50,194 nucleotides of DNA, taken from a virus. The stretch lies in IMG/VR virus record IMGVR_UViG_3300014645_000001; one strand, given 5' to 3'. The notes beneath the pieces are model-generated. The model saw only the letters and a list, made by a program, of their open reading frames with translations. It had not been told where the DNA came from and searched no databases. The position numbers were made by a program, and so were the translations under genes. Positions 8,024 through 16,083 of this stretch are shown here, piece by piece; position 1 is the first letter of the stretch, and each line of letters begins with the position of its first letter.

Positions 8024-9885
8024 CGTTCATTATCAGCACCCTGGTGGTCCGCACCGCCACCCAAACGTGGACGGTGCCCGCCGCAGCTGTGGTGGACTTT
8101 GAGCACACCATCAGTGTGGACGGGTCGGTGCGGCTCACCGTGGAATTGGTGGACACGAAGAAGGGGTCCATCGAGTTCCAGAAGGAGATCCGGCAGGACG
8201 GGGTGGAGGTCCGGTGGAACGGCCGCCCGTACACCATGCTGTCGTTCACATCGGGTGGGTCCGCTGACCGTCCCTCGATCACCCTGTCCTGCATCTCCCA
8301 GGCGCAGGCGGAGCTCGATGGTGGGGGCATGGACCCTGGCCTGACCGCCCAAACGAACGTGCCGGCCTGGTTGGACACCACCCTCGCCGAACTGCGCGAC
8401 AAGCCCTTGGGGCGGGTGCTGGACACCAACCTGGGGGATAAGCAGATCGAGGCCGAGTCGGACACGGACACGAAGGACAAGGAGACCACCTGGGACGTGA
8501 TCCACGAGACCGCGAAACGGTGCGGCGCGTGGTGCTGGGTCGGTGATGACGCGTTCTACTTCGGGAAACCCGCATGGTTGGTGGACCGGGGTTCACAGAA
8601 CGAATGGAAGTTCGTGTGGGACTACTGGGCATCCCACTCGGAGCAGTTGACTGCGAAGCCGAAGTACACGTTCGACCTGTCCAAGAAACTCTGGGAAGGC
8701 CGCGAGGAGCTTGTGCTGCAGCTGCGCGACCCCGAGTCCGTGGTGTCAGGGCAACGCCTGGCACGTAACATCCGCCCCGGCGACCGCGTGTCCTACAAGG
8801 GCCAGCTAGCGCCGATCAGCGACAAGCACAAGGACACGTGGATTGTGACCGAGGTTACCCTCCCGTACTCGAACATTGACCCGGTGGAGGTCACCTGCTG
8901 GCGGGCCGAGAACCCACCCGAAATCGTGGACGAGAACGGGTCTAGCGGCGGGGACTCCGCGGGTGTCCCGGACGGCCCGCTTGGGTCGATGGGCTGGAAG
9001 GGTGAGCAGCTGGTCATGGCCGCTGAGATCGTGAAGGAGGGGCAGCGGGAGAAACTGCCGATGCTCGCGATCCAGATGGGTGTTTGCTGCGCGATGGGCG
9101 AGACCAGCCTGCGGAACCTGGATTACGGGGACGCGGCTGGCCCCGACTCGTGTGGCCTGTTCCAGCAGCGCGACCATTACGGGCCCAGGTCGGTGCGACG
9201 CACCCCGTCGAAGGCCGCAGCGATGTTCTACCGGGACTTGAAGGGCACCCCGTACGAGGACACGTACAACAACGGTGGCGCGTCCGTGGTGTACGGCGGG
9301 AGCTACGGTCCGGGGAAGTCGGCGCAGTCGGCGTCGTTGGCGATCCACAACGAGCAGCGTAACGACAACCCGTTGTACTACGTGCCGTTCTGGGAGGACG
9401 CGAAGATCGTGGTGGACGCGTGTATCGCGGCCGGCGAGTCTTCGGGTGGCGGCGGTGACGGGAAGGTTCCGTCTGGCCCGTTGGGTGCCCGGATGAAGCG
9501 GTCCATTGAGGGTATGAATGGGCGGTCCGTGGATGTGGATGGTGCGTTCGGGGCGCAGTGCGCGGACGTGGGTATGCAGTACGCGAAGGACCTGTGGGGC
9601 ATCGGCATGGTCACCGGCAACGGGGTGGACTACTGGCGGCAGAGTCAGATCGCCCCGTACTGTAAGGCGGTCCCCGCGAATCAGCCACCCAGGTATGGGG
9701 ATATCGCGTCGTGGTCCGGGTCGTATGGGGCGTACACGAATGGTGGGTACGGGCACATCGCGATCTACATCTCCGGGGACCCTGGTTCGGGGACGTGCAC
9801 GTTCCTCACCCAGAACCCGGGTCCGGCGCGGATGATGCCGTTGTCGACGGCTGGTATTCAGGGGTGGATGCGCCCGATCCGGTGA
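8020..9885 (+). CDS. baseplate hub (gpD-like) fused to two peptidoglycan hydrolase domains (lysozyme/transglycosylase-like + CHAP)
   Basis: The N-terminal ~300 aa are in the gpD position. The central segment CAMGETSLRNLDYGDAAGPDSCGLFQQR is lytic-domain-like. The C-terminal CHAP motifs are GAQCADVGMQYAKDLWG and GHIAIY. Confidence 0.7.
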   Translation: MTFIISTLVVRTATQTWTVPAAAVVDFEHTISVDGSVRLTVELVDTKKGSIEFQKEIRQDGVEVRWNGRPYTMLSFTSGGSADRPSITLSCISQAQAELDGGGMDPGLTAQTNVPAWLDTTLAELRDKPLGRVLDTNLGDKQIEAESDTDTKDKETTWDVIHETAKRCGAWCWVGDDAFYFGKPAWLVDRGSQNEWKFVWDYWASHSEQLTAKPKYTFDLSKKLWEGREELVLQLRDPESVVSGQRLARNIRPGDRVSYKGQLAPISDKHKDTWIVTEVTLPYSNIDPVEVTCWRAENPPEIVDENGSSGGDSAGVPDGPLGSMGWKGEQLVMAAEIVKEGQREKLPMLAIQMGVCCAMGETSLRNLDYGDAAGPDSCGLFQQRDHYGPRSVRRTPSKAAAMFYRDLKGTPYEDTYNNGGASVVYGGSYGPGKSAQSASLAIHNEQRNDNPLYYVPFWEDAKIVVDACIAAGESSGGGGDGKVPSGPLGARMKRSIEGMNGRSVDVDGAFGAQCADVGMQYAKDLWGIGMVTGNGVDYWRQSQIAPYCKAVPANQPPRYGDIASWSGSYGAYTNGGYGHIAIYISGDPGSGTCTFLTQNPGPARMMPLSTAGIQGWMRPIR

Positions 9886-9905
9886 CACCACCGGCTGCGC
9901 CCACC

Positions 9906-10649
9906 ATGCCGCGTTTAGGTGGCATGGTGGGCGGCATGATGTTGCGTGCGACCGTGGCGGACACGGACCCGAGAGACCCCACGCGGGTGTGGGTGACGAT
10001 CCCACAGAAGTACGGGACGAAGCCTGTGCGTGTGTTCACCCGGGTGCAGGTCACGAAGGGTGACCACGTGTACGTCGCGAATACGAGCGTGACCCGTGTC
10101 CCCCAGTGGGTGGTGTTCGACCAGCAAACCGAGATCGGCCGGTGGGGCAACCCCTACCCCCACACCCACCCCATCGGGCAGGTGGACGGGCTCGTGGACG
10201 CGCTCGGGAAGAAGGCCGACAAGACCAGCCTGGACTCGAAAGCAGACAAGGCCACCACCCCCACCACGGCGGACGTGACCGGGCAATGGGTGTCTCTCCG
10301 GTCATCCCTCGGCACCGGGTGGGTACCATCCACCTACGACACGGCCCTCACCCAGCAGGGCGTGGAGGTGAAACGCACCCTGTCCACGATCATCGTGAAC
10401 TTCAACATCGCCCCCGTGAACGCCTCCACCTCACCATCCGGGACCCTGTTCACCCTCCCACCCGCATACCAGCCGGGGAAGAACACGTGGACGTTCGTGA
10501 ACGCCCAGTTCACGAACACGTACGGGGTGCTCACCACCGTGGTGAACGGGTCAGCATCCAGGAACGCCGGGGACGTTTCCGTCGTGGCCGGTCCGCCACC
10601 TGCGGGCCAGGTCGTGCGTATCGTGGGAACCCTGGTGGTGGGAACGTGA
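9906..10649 (+). CDS. baseplate central spike (gpV-like OB-fold) with a C-terminal beta-rich knob
   Basis: Lies after the hub gene. The N-terminus reads TRVWVTIPQKYGTKPVRVFTRVQVTKGDHVYV (spike OB-like). The C-terminal ~130 aa are beta-rich. Confidence 0.5.
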   Translation: MPRLGGMVGGMMLRATVADTDPRDPTRVWVTIPQKYGTKPVRVFTRVQVTKGDHVYVANTSVTRVPQWVVFDQQTEIGRWGNPYPHTHPIGQVDGLVDALGKKADKTSLDSKADKATTPTTADVTGQWVSLRSSLGTGWVPSTYDTALTQQGVEVKRTLSTIIVNFNIAPVNASTSPSGTLFTLPPAYQPGKNTWTFVNAQFTNTYGVLTTVVNGSASRNAGDVSVVAGPPPAGQVVRIVGTLVVGT

Positions 10650-10813
10650 GCTACTGGGACGACGTGCAGGCCGTGTACGAACCGTACCCGGGGGCGATCA
10701 TCACCCCCTGGTTGACGGTGGGGATGCTGCAGCCCGAACCTGCGGGGCCAGTGGAGGTTGAGGGTGCAGACCTGATTCGCTGGGCTGGTGACGGGGGTGC
10801 TGACAGTGAGTGA
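10646..10813 (+). CDS. small hypothetical protein (55 aa)
   Basis: GTGA overlap with the spike gene stop; high GC3. Confidence 0.35.
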   Translation: MSYWDDVQAVYEPYPGAIITPWLTVGMLQPEPAGPVEVEGADLIRWAGDGGADSE

Positions 10814-10863
10814 CACACACATTCCTGCCCGCCTTGTAACCCGTGGCATGGGACGGTAGGAAC

Positions 10864-11970
10864 ATGACTGAGACAAAAACGGTGCGGGTGCAACTCCCGC
10901 AGTGGTCGGAGGGCTCCGACCCCCGCCCGGACAGGGCGAAAACAAACGCTATCCACCAGGCAATCGAAAACCAGATGGTCATCGACGTGCCCGCCGGCCT
11001 GTTGAAGAACCGGCCCGTGCAGGGGGTGCGCGGCCGACTGTTCTGTGCTACGGACCAGGGTTCGGACGGGCGCGTCTACTATGACAATGGCACCACCTGG
11101 GTGGCTCTGAACACGACTGGTGGTGGCGGGCCGGGGTTGCCCATCGTCATCAACGGTACGGGCGCCGAGGGGTCCTCCCTGCAGTCGGCCCGTGCGGACC
11201 ACACCCACGCGATCCCCCTGGCAACTAAGGACAACGCCGGGGCCATGCCCTCCCAGTGGGCGCAACTCTGCGGGGACGCCACCTCGGCCGCCACCCCCAA
11301 CAGCGTGGCGGTCCGTGACTCCGGCGGGCGGCTGATCGCCAGCAACCCCACGTCCGCCCAGCACGTCGCCACCCTCGACTGGGTGGAGAACACAGCCGGG
11401 TCCACCCGGGTGGACCCGTTCACCCTCGCACGCCGCGACTCCGCAGGCCGCATCAACACCGCCAACCCCACATCCCCCACCCACGCGACCACCAAAGACT
11501 ACGTGGACAACCGCATCTACCCCGTGTCCCAGTATGTCGAAGGCGACACCGTCATTCGGCGCTGGAGCGACGGTAGCGGTGGGTTCGTCGCCCTCCCCAA
11601 ACACCCTGATTCCATCGCCCCCAAACGCTACGTGGACTCCACAGCATCCCGCCGCGAATGGAAAACCAACATCCAGGAACTCCCCTACGGGTTGGAAGAA
11701 CTCCTGCAAGTTGACCTCTACATGTGGGACTACAAGGACAGCGCCCCCGCAGTAGGGGAAAACGAGTTGGGCCCCATGGTGGACGAGCTCGCACGGGTCA
11801 TGCCGCTGCTCACCACCGACGGTGACGACGGCGCACCCGAGCGTATCCGTGACCGGGCGTTCATCCCCGTGCTCATCCAAGCAGTCCAGGAACTCGCCCA
11901 ACGTGTTGATGAGCTCTCCGCGGAGCTGGAGGACTGCTACGAGCGGGTCAGCAGTGACGACGATGCCTGA
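10864..11970 (+). CDS. tail fibre with C-terminal intramolecular chaperone (peptidase S74-like) domain
   Basis: The N-terminus VRVQLPQWSEGSDP is typical of actinophage fibres. SRREWKTNIQELPYGLEELL...GPMVDELARVMP matches the S74 autoproteolytic chaperone pattern. Confidence 0.7.
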   Translation: MTETKTVRVQLPQWSEGSDPRPDRAKTNAIHQAIENQMVIDVPAGLLKNRPVQGVRGRLFCATDQGSDGRVYYDNGTTWVALNTTGGGGPGLPIVINGTGAEGSSLQSARADHTHAIPLATKDNAGAMPSQWAQLCGDATSAATPNSVAVRDSGGRLIASNPTSAQHVATLDWVENTAGSTRVDPFTLARRDSAGRINTANPTSPTHATTKDYVDNRIYPVSQYVEGDTVIRRWSDGSGGFVALPKHPDSIAPKRYVDSTASRREWKTNIQELPYGLEELLQVDLYMWDYKDSAPAVGENELGPMVDELARVMPLLTTDGDDGAPERIRDRAFIPVLIQAVQELAQRVDELSAELEDCYERVSSDDDA

Positions 11971-12394
11971 ACGGGTCATCAAAAGCCTGGACGGGAAACG
12001 CGGCGCGTTCCTGCTTGTCGGCGGGCTCGCCTACCTTTTCATCGGCCTGTCGTATCTGGTCGCCCCCACTGCGGGTAGACAAGCGGCGTTCTCATGGCTC
12101 CCCGAAATGCTCACCCCCCAGCTTTTGGGGTGGGTGTGGGTGATCGGCGGTGCCGGTGTCGCCGTGGTGTCGCTGATCTCGCGTGCACACCGGGTCACCG
12201 AACCCCCCGCGTTCGGGGTGCTCATGCTCTGCCCCGCACTATGGGTGGTGATTTTCGCGGTCTCATCCATTGTCGGCGTCCACCCATCCGGGTGGGTGTC
12301 ATCCATCGCATACGGTCTCATGTCCATGTGGGTGTGGATCGCCGCCGGTTGGGACAACCCCGCACCCCAGGGGAGGGCGGTGCGTGGTGAGTGA
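11963..12394 (+). CDS. membrane protein with 4 predicted TM segments (holin-like candidate)
   Basis: Four hydrophobic ~20-aa stretches. It overlaps the fibre gene stop and lies upstream of the endolysin. Confidence 0.5.
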   Translation: MPERVIKSLDGKRGAFLLVGGLAYLFIGLSYLVAPTAGRQAAFSWLPEMLTPQLLGWVWVIGGAGVAVVSLISRAHRVTEPPAFGVLMLCPALWVVIFAVSSIVGVHPSGWVSSIAYGLMSMWVWIAAGWDNPAPQGRAVRGE

Positions 12395-12836
12395 GGGAGT
12401 GATCCTTGGGCTGCTCACTCTCGCATCTGGTGCTATCGGTGCGGGCCTGGCATGGCTGACAGGGCGGCGGGCGGATAAGACGAACCGCCGCAAGAACGAA
12501 TCGGAGCACCTGCAGGGACGCGAACAGCTCCTGTGGGAGAACGTGGAACAGCGTCTCGCGGACCTCAAAGCTCAGGTCGAGGCGCAGGCTAAGCAGATCA
12601 CGGAGCTGCGGGACGGGCGTAAAGCCGACCAGAAAGAACTTGAATCCGTGCGCATGGACCTGCGGGCAACCCGGGACGCTATGCGCGACTACGAAGAACT
12701 GCTCGCGGACTACCGGGAGCACACGTATGCGTACCAGATGTGGACAGATGACGGTGGGGTACCGCCGTCACCCACATGGTCGTGGCGGATCGCCGCTGAC
12801 CAACGCGACTACGCGAAACAGAAGGGGGTGGGGTGA
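12387..12836 (+). CDS. N-terminally anchored coiled-coil membrane protein (lysis-associated candidate)
   Basis: The TM segment GVILGLLTLASGAIGAGLAWL is followed by a charged heptad-like region. It is ATGA-coupled to the endolysin. The start (GTG 12384 or 12387) is uncertain. Confidence 0.45.
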   Translation: MSEGVILGLLTLASGAIGAGLAWLTGRRADKTNRRKNESEHLQGREQLLWENVEQRLADLKAQVEAQAKQITELRDGRKADQKELESVRMDLRATRDAMRDYEELLADYREHTYAYQMWTDDGGVPPSPTWSWRIAADQRDYAKQKGVG

Positions 12837-14197
12837 TGCGGATAGATGAGTCCCGCACGGCATGTAATTACACGCCGGGACGACAGGGCCGGAAGATCCA
12901 GGACATCGTGATTCATTGGTGGGGTGCTGATGGGCAGACCCATGACGGGGTTGTGGACTGGTTCTGCAACCCAGCAAAGGGCGCGCAGACGTCAGCACAT
13001 TTCGTGGTATCAGGTGGGCGGGTGCATTGCATCGTCTCCCCAACGGATACTGCGTGGCACGCCGGTGACTGGGATGAGAACCTGCAGTCCATTGGCATCG
13101 AGTGCCGGCCCGAGGCTACCGCTGCGGACTATGCCACGGTCGCTGAGCTTGTGCGGTGGCTGCGCACCAAGTACGGGGACCTGCCGCTGCGCCCACACAA
13201 GGCGTTCTTCAGCACCTCATGCCCCGGACGGTGGGACCTCACCCGCCTAGACAAGCTCGCACGAGGAACAACGACAGGAGGTGGTGATGTGAGCGGAGCT
13301 ATGCGCCCAGCACCGGGAATGTACCCGATCACCCAGCGGTACCGAGAGAACGCGACCGCATACAACTCGGCAGGGATGCACGGCGCCCTGGACTACGGGG
13401 TCCCCGTGGGCACCCCACTCGTCGCCCCCGAGGACGGCGTCGTCGTATTCGACGGGTGGGCTTGGGACCTCCCCGGCGGACCCAACGACTGGGCCTCGCG
13501 CTGGTACCTGATCAAACCCGCCCGTGGGGATACAAAGGGCGGCGGGGGCATCATCACAATCTTCCGCAACTCCGCTGGCTCCCACTGGGCGCTGTGCCAC
13601 GCCTCCCAGTCGTTCTACCAGGTCGGTGACCGGGTCCGGGCGGGGCAGGTCCTGCAGCGCTCCGGAGCTACCGGCATCGCCACCGGCCCACACACCCACG
13701 TGAACCTCTGGCCCGCGTCCCCGAACTGGGGCAACGGGGCCTATGGGGCGATCGACCCCGAACCCTGGATCACCCGCCCCTACGCCCCCATCACCGCCAC
13801 ATCATGGCAGGGCTCGGCCACCACTGGCAAGGGCACCGCCACCAATACCCGTTTCGACTTCCTGGAGTGGATCACCATGGCCAAACAGACCGACATCAAC
13901 AAGGCGCTCACCGCGTGGGCTTCCAGCCCCGAAGGCCAGGCCGTCATCGGCCGCGCCGTCCTCGACCGACAGTTCAAGGATTCCCAGGGCCGCAAGATCA
14001 GCCTCGCCTACGTCCTGAAGTACGACAAGGCCAATTGGGACACCGTTCGGGCGATCGCCCAGGCCGTGCGGCCCTCGTCCATCGCCCTGGCCGTGTGGGC
14101 GTACAAGTCCAAGATCAACGGCAACAAGGACGCCTACCAGCTGCTCACCAACGCCCAGCCCACCACGGCTGGCTCCACTACCACGAAGGAGGCCTGA
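12833..14197 (+). CDS. endolysin: N-acetylmuramoyl-L-alanine amidase + M23 peptidase + C-terminal wall-binding-like domain
   Basis: Amidase_2/PGRP-like motifs are IVIHWWG, AHFVVS, AWHAGDW and SCPG. M23 motifs are HGALDYG, GTPLVAPEDGVV and TGPHTHVNL. Confidence 0.85.
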   Translation: MMRIDESRTACNYTPGRQGRKIQDIVIHWWGADGQTHDGVVDWFCNPAKGAQTSAHFVVSGGRVHCIVSPTDTAWHAGDWDENLQSIGIECRPEATAADYATVAELVRWLRTKYGDLPLRPHKAFFSTSCPGRWDLTRLDKLARGTTTGGGDVSGAMRPAPGMYPITQRYRENATAYNSAGMHGALDYGVPVGTPLVAPEDGVVVFDGWAWDLPGGPNDWASRWYLIKPARGDTKGGGGIITIFRNSAGSHWALCHASQSFYQVGDRVRAGQVLQRSGATGIATGPHTHVNLWPASPNWGNGAYGAIDPEPWITRPYAPITATSWQGSATTGKGTATNTRFDFLEWITMAKQTDINKALTAWASSPEGQAVIGRAVLDRQFKDSQGRKISLAYVLKYDKANWDTVRAIAQAVRPSSIALAVWAYKSKINGNKDAYQLLTNAQPTTAGSTTTKEA

Positions 14198-14199
14198 TC

Positions 14200-14583
14200 A
14201 TGGCCGCGAACTCCACCACCGTCACCGCCCCCGGCACGATCTCCCCGAAGGTGTTCTGGCCCGTTATCGTCGGCCTGGTCCTCACGTTCGTCGGGACGTT
14301 CCTCGCCGCCGTCACCCCAGAGATGCTGTCCGGGTTCGGCGCGTTCGCCGTGCCCATGGCAATGGCCCTGACCGCGGTCGCGCAGGGCATCACCGCTTAC
14401 CTGAAGAAGGATCAGCTGCGCGAGATTGGCGTGGAAGCCACCGCCGCCGTCCTGCCTGCCGCACCGGTGGTTCTGCCCCCGGTGGACGGGACCGCAGCAG
14501 ATGTCCCCGTCGAGGACGCACCCGATACCGCCGGGGACCTGCAGGCCGAGCTCGATACCCTGCACCGGGACGCCCAGTCCTGA
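14200..14583 (+). CDS. holin-like protein (2 TM segments, charged C-terminus)
   Basis: Two hydrophobic segments followed by an acidic tail. It lies immediately after the endolysin and is followed by a strong hairpin. Confidence 0.55.
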   Translation: MAANSTTVTAPGTISPKVFWPVIVGLVLTFVGTFLAAVTPEMLSGFGAFAVPMAMALTAVAQGITAYLKKDQLREIGVEATAAVLPAAPVVLPPVDGTAADVPVEDAPDTAGDLQAELDTLHRDAQS

Positions 14584-14601
14584 CCAGACGGTGACACCCG
14601 G

Positions 14602-14630
14602 CCCCGTCCACCCGAACAGGGTGGGCGGGG
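14602..14630 (+). terminator. hairpin closing the lysis cassette
   Basis: CCCCGTCCACCC / GGGTGGGCGGGG form a 12-bp stem (one G-U) with a 5-nt loop, followed by TCCATTCTTATCTC. Confidence 0.5.
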
Positions 14631-14644
14631 TCCATTCTTATCTC

Positions 14645-14950
14645 ATGGCCATTAGTTTCCCGTTCCGCGTGGACCCACATTCCGGGGGTGTCGTCACCGT
14701 GCCCGAGTCCTCCACGCAGCACATCAACGAGATCATCGCAACCCATGCGCTGGTTCACCCTGGTGAGAAGCACCTGAACCCGAACTTTGGCACCCCCACG
14801 TTGCCGTTCTCCGACGCGCTCGAAGCGGGTGCCCTGCAACTGAACCTCACCGACAACGGGTGGGGGCACGTCAGGGTCGCCAACGTGACCACCACGTACC
14901 TCGGGGACAACACCGCCGAATCTGACATCACCTGGGAGGTCGGCAACTAG
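14645..14950 (+). CDS. baseplate wedge protein (gpW / gp25-like)
   Basis: 101 aa. MAISFPFRVDPHSGGV is a typical GPW_gp25 N-terminus. It is directly upstream of baseplate J. Confidence 0.65.
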   Translation: MAISFPFRVDPHSGGVVTVPESSTQHINEIIATHALVHPGEKHLNPNFGTPTLPFSDALEAGALQLNLTDNGWGHVRVANVTTTYLGDNTAESDITWEVGN

Positions 14951-16083
14951 TGGCCGCAACATACGACTACGACCAATGGATCATGGGCCAAGAGGTCAAC
15001 ATCGCCCAGAACGCGGTCGCGCACCTCAAAACGATGCTCCCCGAAGCGTCCGTGTCCCCCGCGTCCACCGAGGCGACGCTCATCGAAACCTTGTCGATCA
15101 TGGTCGGCCCGCTCATGGCCGCCCACCAGGTCCTCCCCTCCCGGGTCGTGGACCACCTCATGACCCTCTACGGCCTCGAACGATACCCCGGCTACCGGGC
15201 GGAGGGGAAAGTGCGGGTGACCGTGAACCCCACCGCCACCGAAGTGAAACTCCCTGCCGGGACGGTGCTGCGCCACTACCTGGCGTCCTCGAACGAGCTG
15301 CGCGAGTACCGCACCGTGGAGGACCTGCTGATCCTGCCCGCCGAGTCCATCACCGGCGAAGTCCGGGTCGAGGCCACCAGTGTGGGCACCGAGCACAACG
15401 GTCTCCCTGTGGGCGCCAGCCTGGACGCGGTGGACTCCTACTTCATTGACGTGGACCGGTTCGAGATCTCCGAATCCCCCCGTGGCGGGGAGGGCCCCGA
15501 AGCCAACGAGTCCTGGTGGGAACGCTCCCGCGCCCAGCTCGAACGCCAGGTATCCACCCTCGTGGTCCCCGACCAGTTCCGCTCCGCAGCCCTCACCCGC
15601 GGGGAAGTGAACCGCGCCTACGTCCTGGACCTGTACAACCCCGCCGCCCCCACCGTGGAAGCACCCGGGCACGTGACCCTTGCCGTCACAGACTCCGAGG
15701 GCCTGCCCCTCACCCCAAGGGAACGCCCCGCCCTGGAGAAGTGGTTGCAGGACCAGGCCATGGCGTCCCTCCAGGTCCACGTGATCGACGCGACCTACAC
15801 CACCATCAACCCCACCGTGATCGTGGAAGCGACCCCCGGCGCCACCCTGTCCGTGGTGGAAACCGCAGTACGCGACCAGCTCGCCCGGTGGCTGTCCCCC
15901 ACCACCTGGGAATGGTGGCCGGAGATCACCCCATACGACTACGTGTCCGCCCTGGACGACGTGGCCGGGGTCGCCCGTGTCATCACCGTCCCCCAGACCA
16001 CCGCTCTCGGTGGCGTGGCACCCCTCCCGAAACTGGGCACCGTGACGGTGACCGTCAAACCCTCCACCCGTGGTGGTGCCTGA
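14950..16083 (+). CDS. baseplate J-like protein
   Basis: 377 aa with a GTG start overlapping the upstream stop. The sequence and its position between the gpW-like and gpI-like genes fit baseplate J. Confidence 0.8.
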   Translation: MAATYDYDQWIMGQEVNIAQNAVAHLKTMLPEASVSPASTEATLIETLSIMVGPLMAAHQVLPSRVVDHLMTLYGLERYPGYRAEGKVRVTVNPTATEVKLPAGTVLRHYLASSNELREYRTVEDLLILPAESITGEVRVEATSVGTEHNGLPVGASLDAVDSYFIDVDRFEISESPRGGEGPEANESWWERSRAQLERQVSTLVVPDQFRSAALTRGEVNRAYVLDLYNPAAPTVEAPGHVTLAVTDSEGLPLTPRERPALEKWLQDQAMASLQVHVIDATYTTINPTVIVEATPGATLSVVETAVRDQLARWLSPTTWEWWPEITPYDYVSALDDVAGVARVITVPQTTALGGVAPLPKLGTVTVTVKPSTRGGA

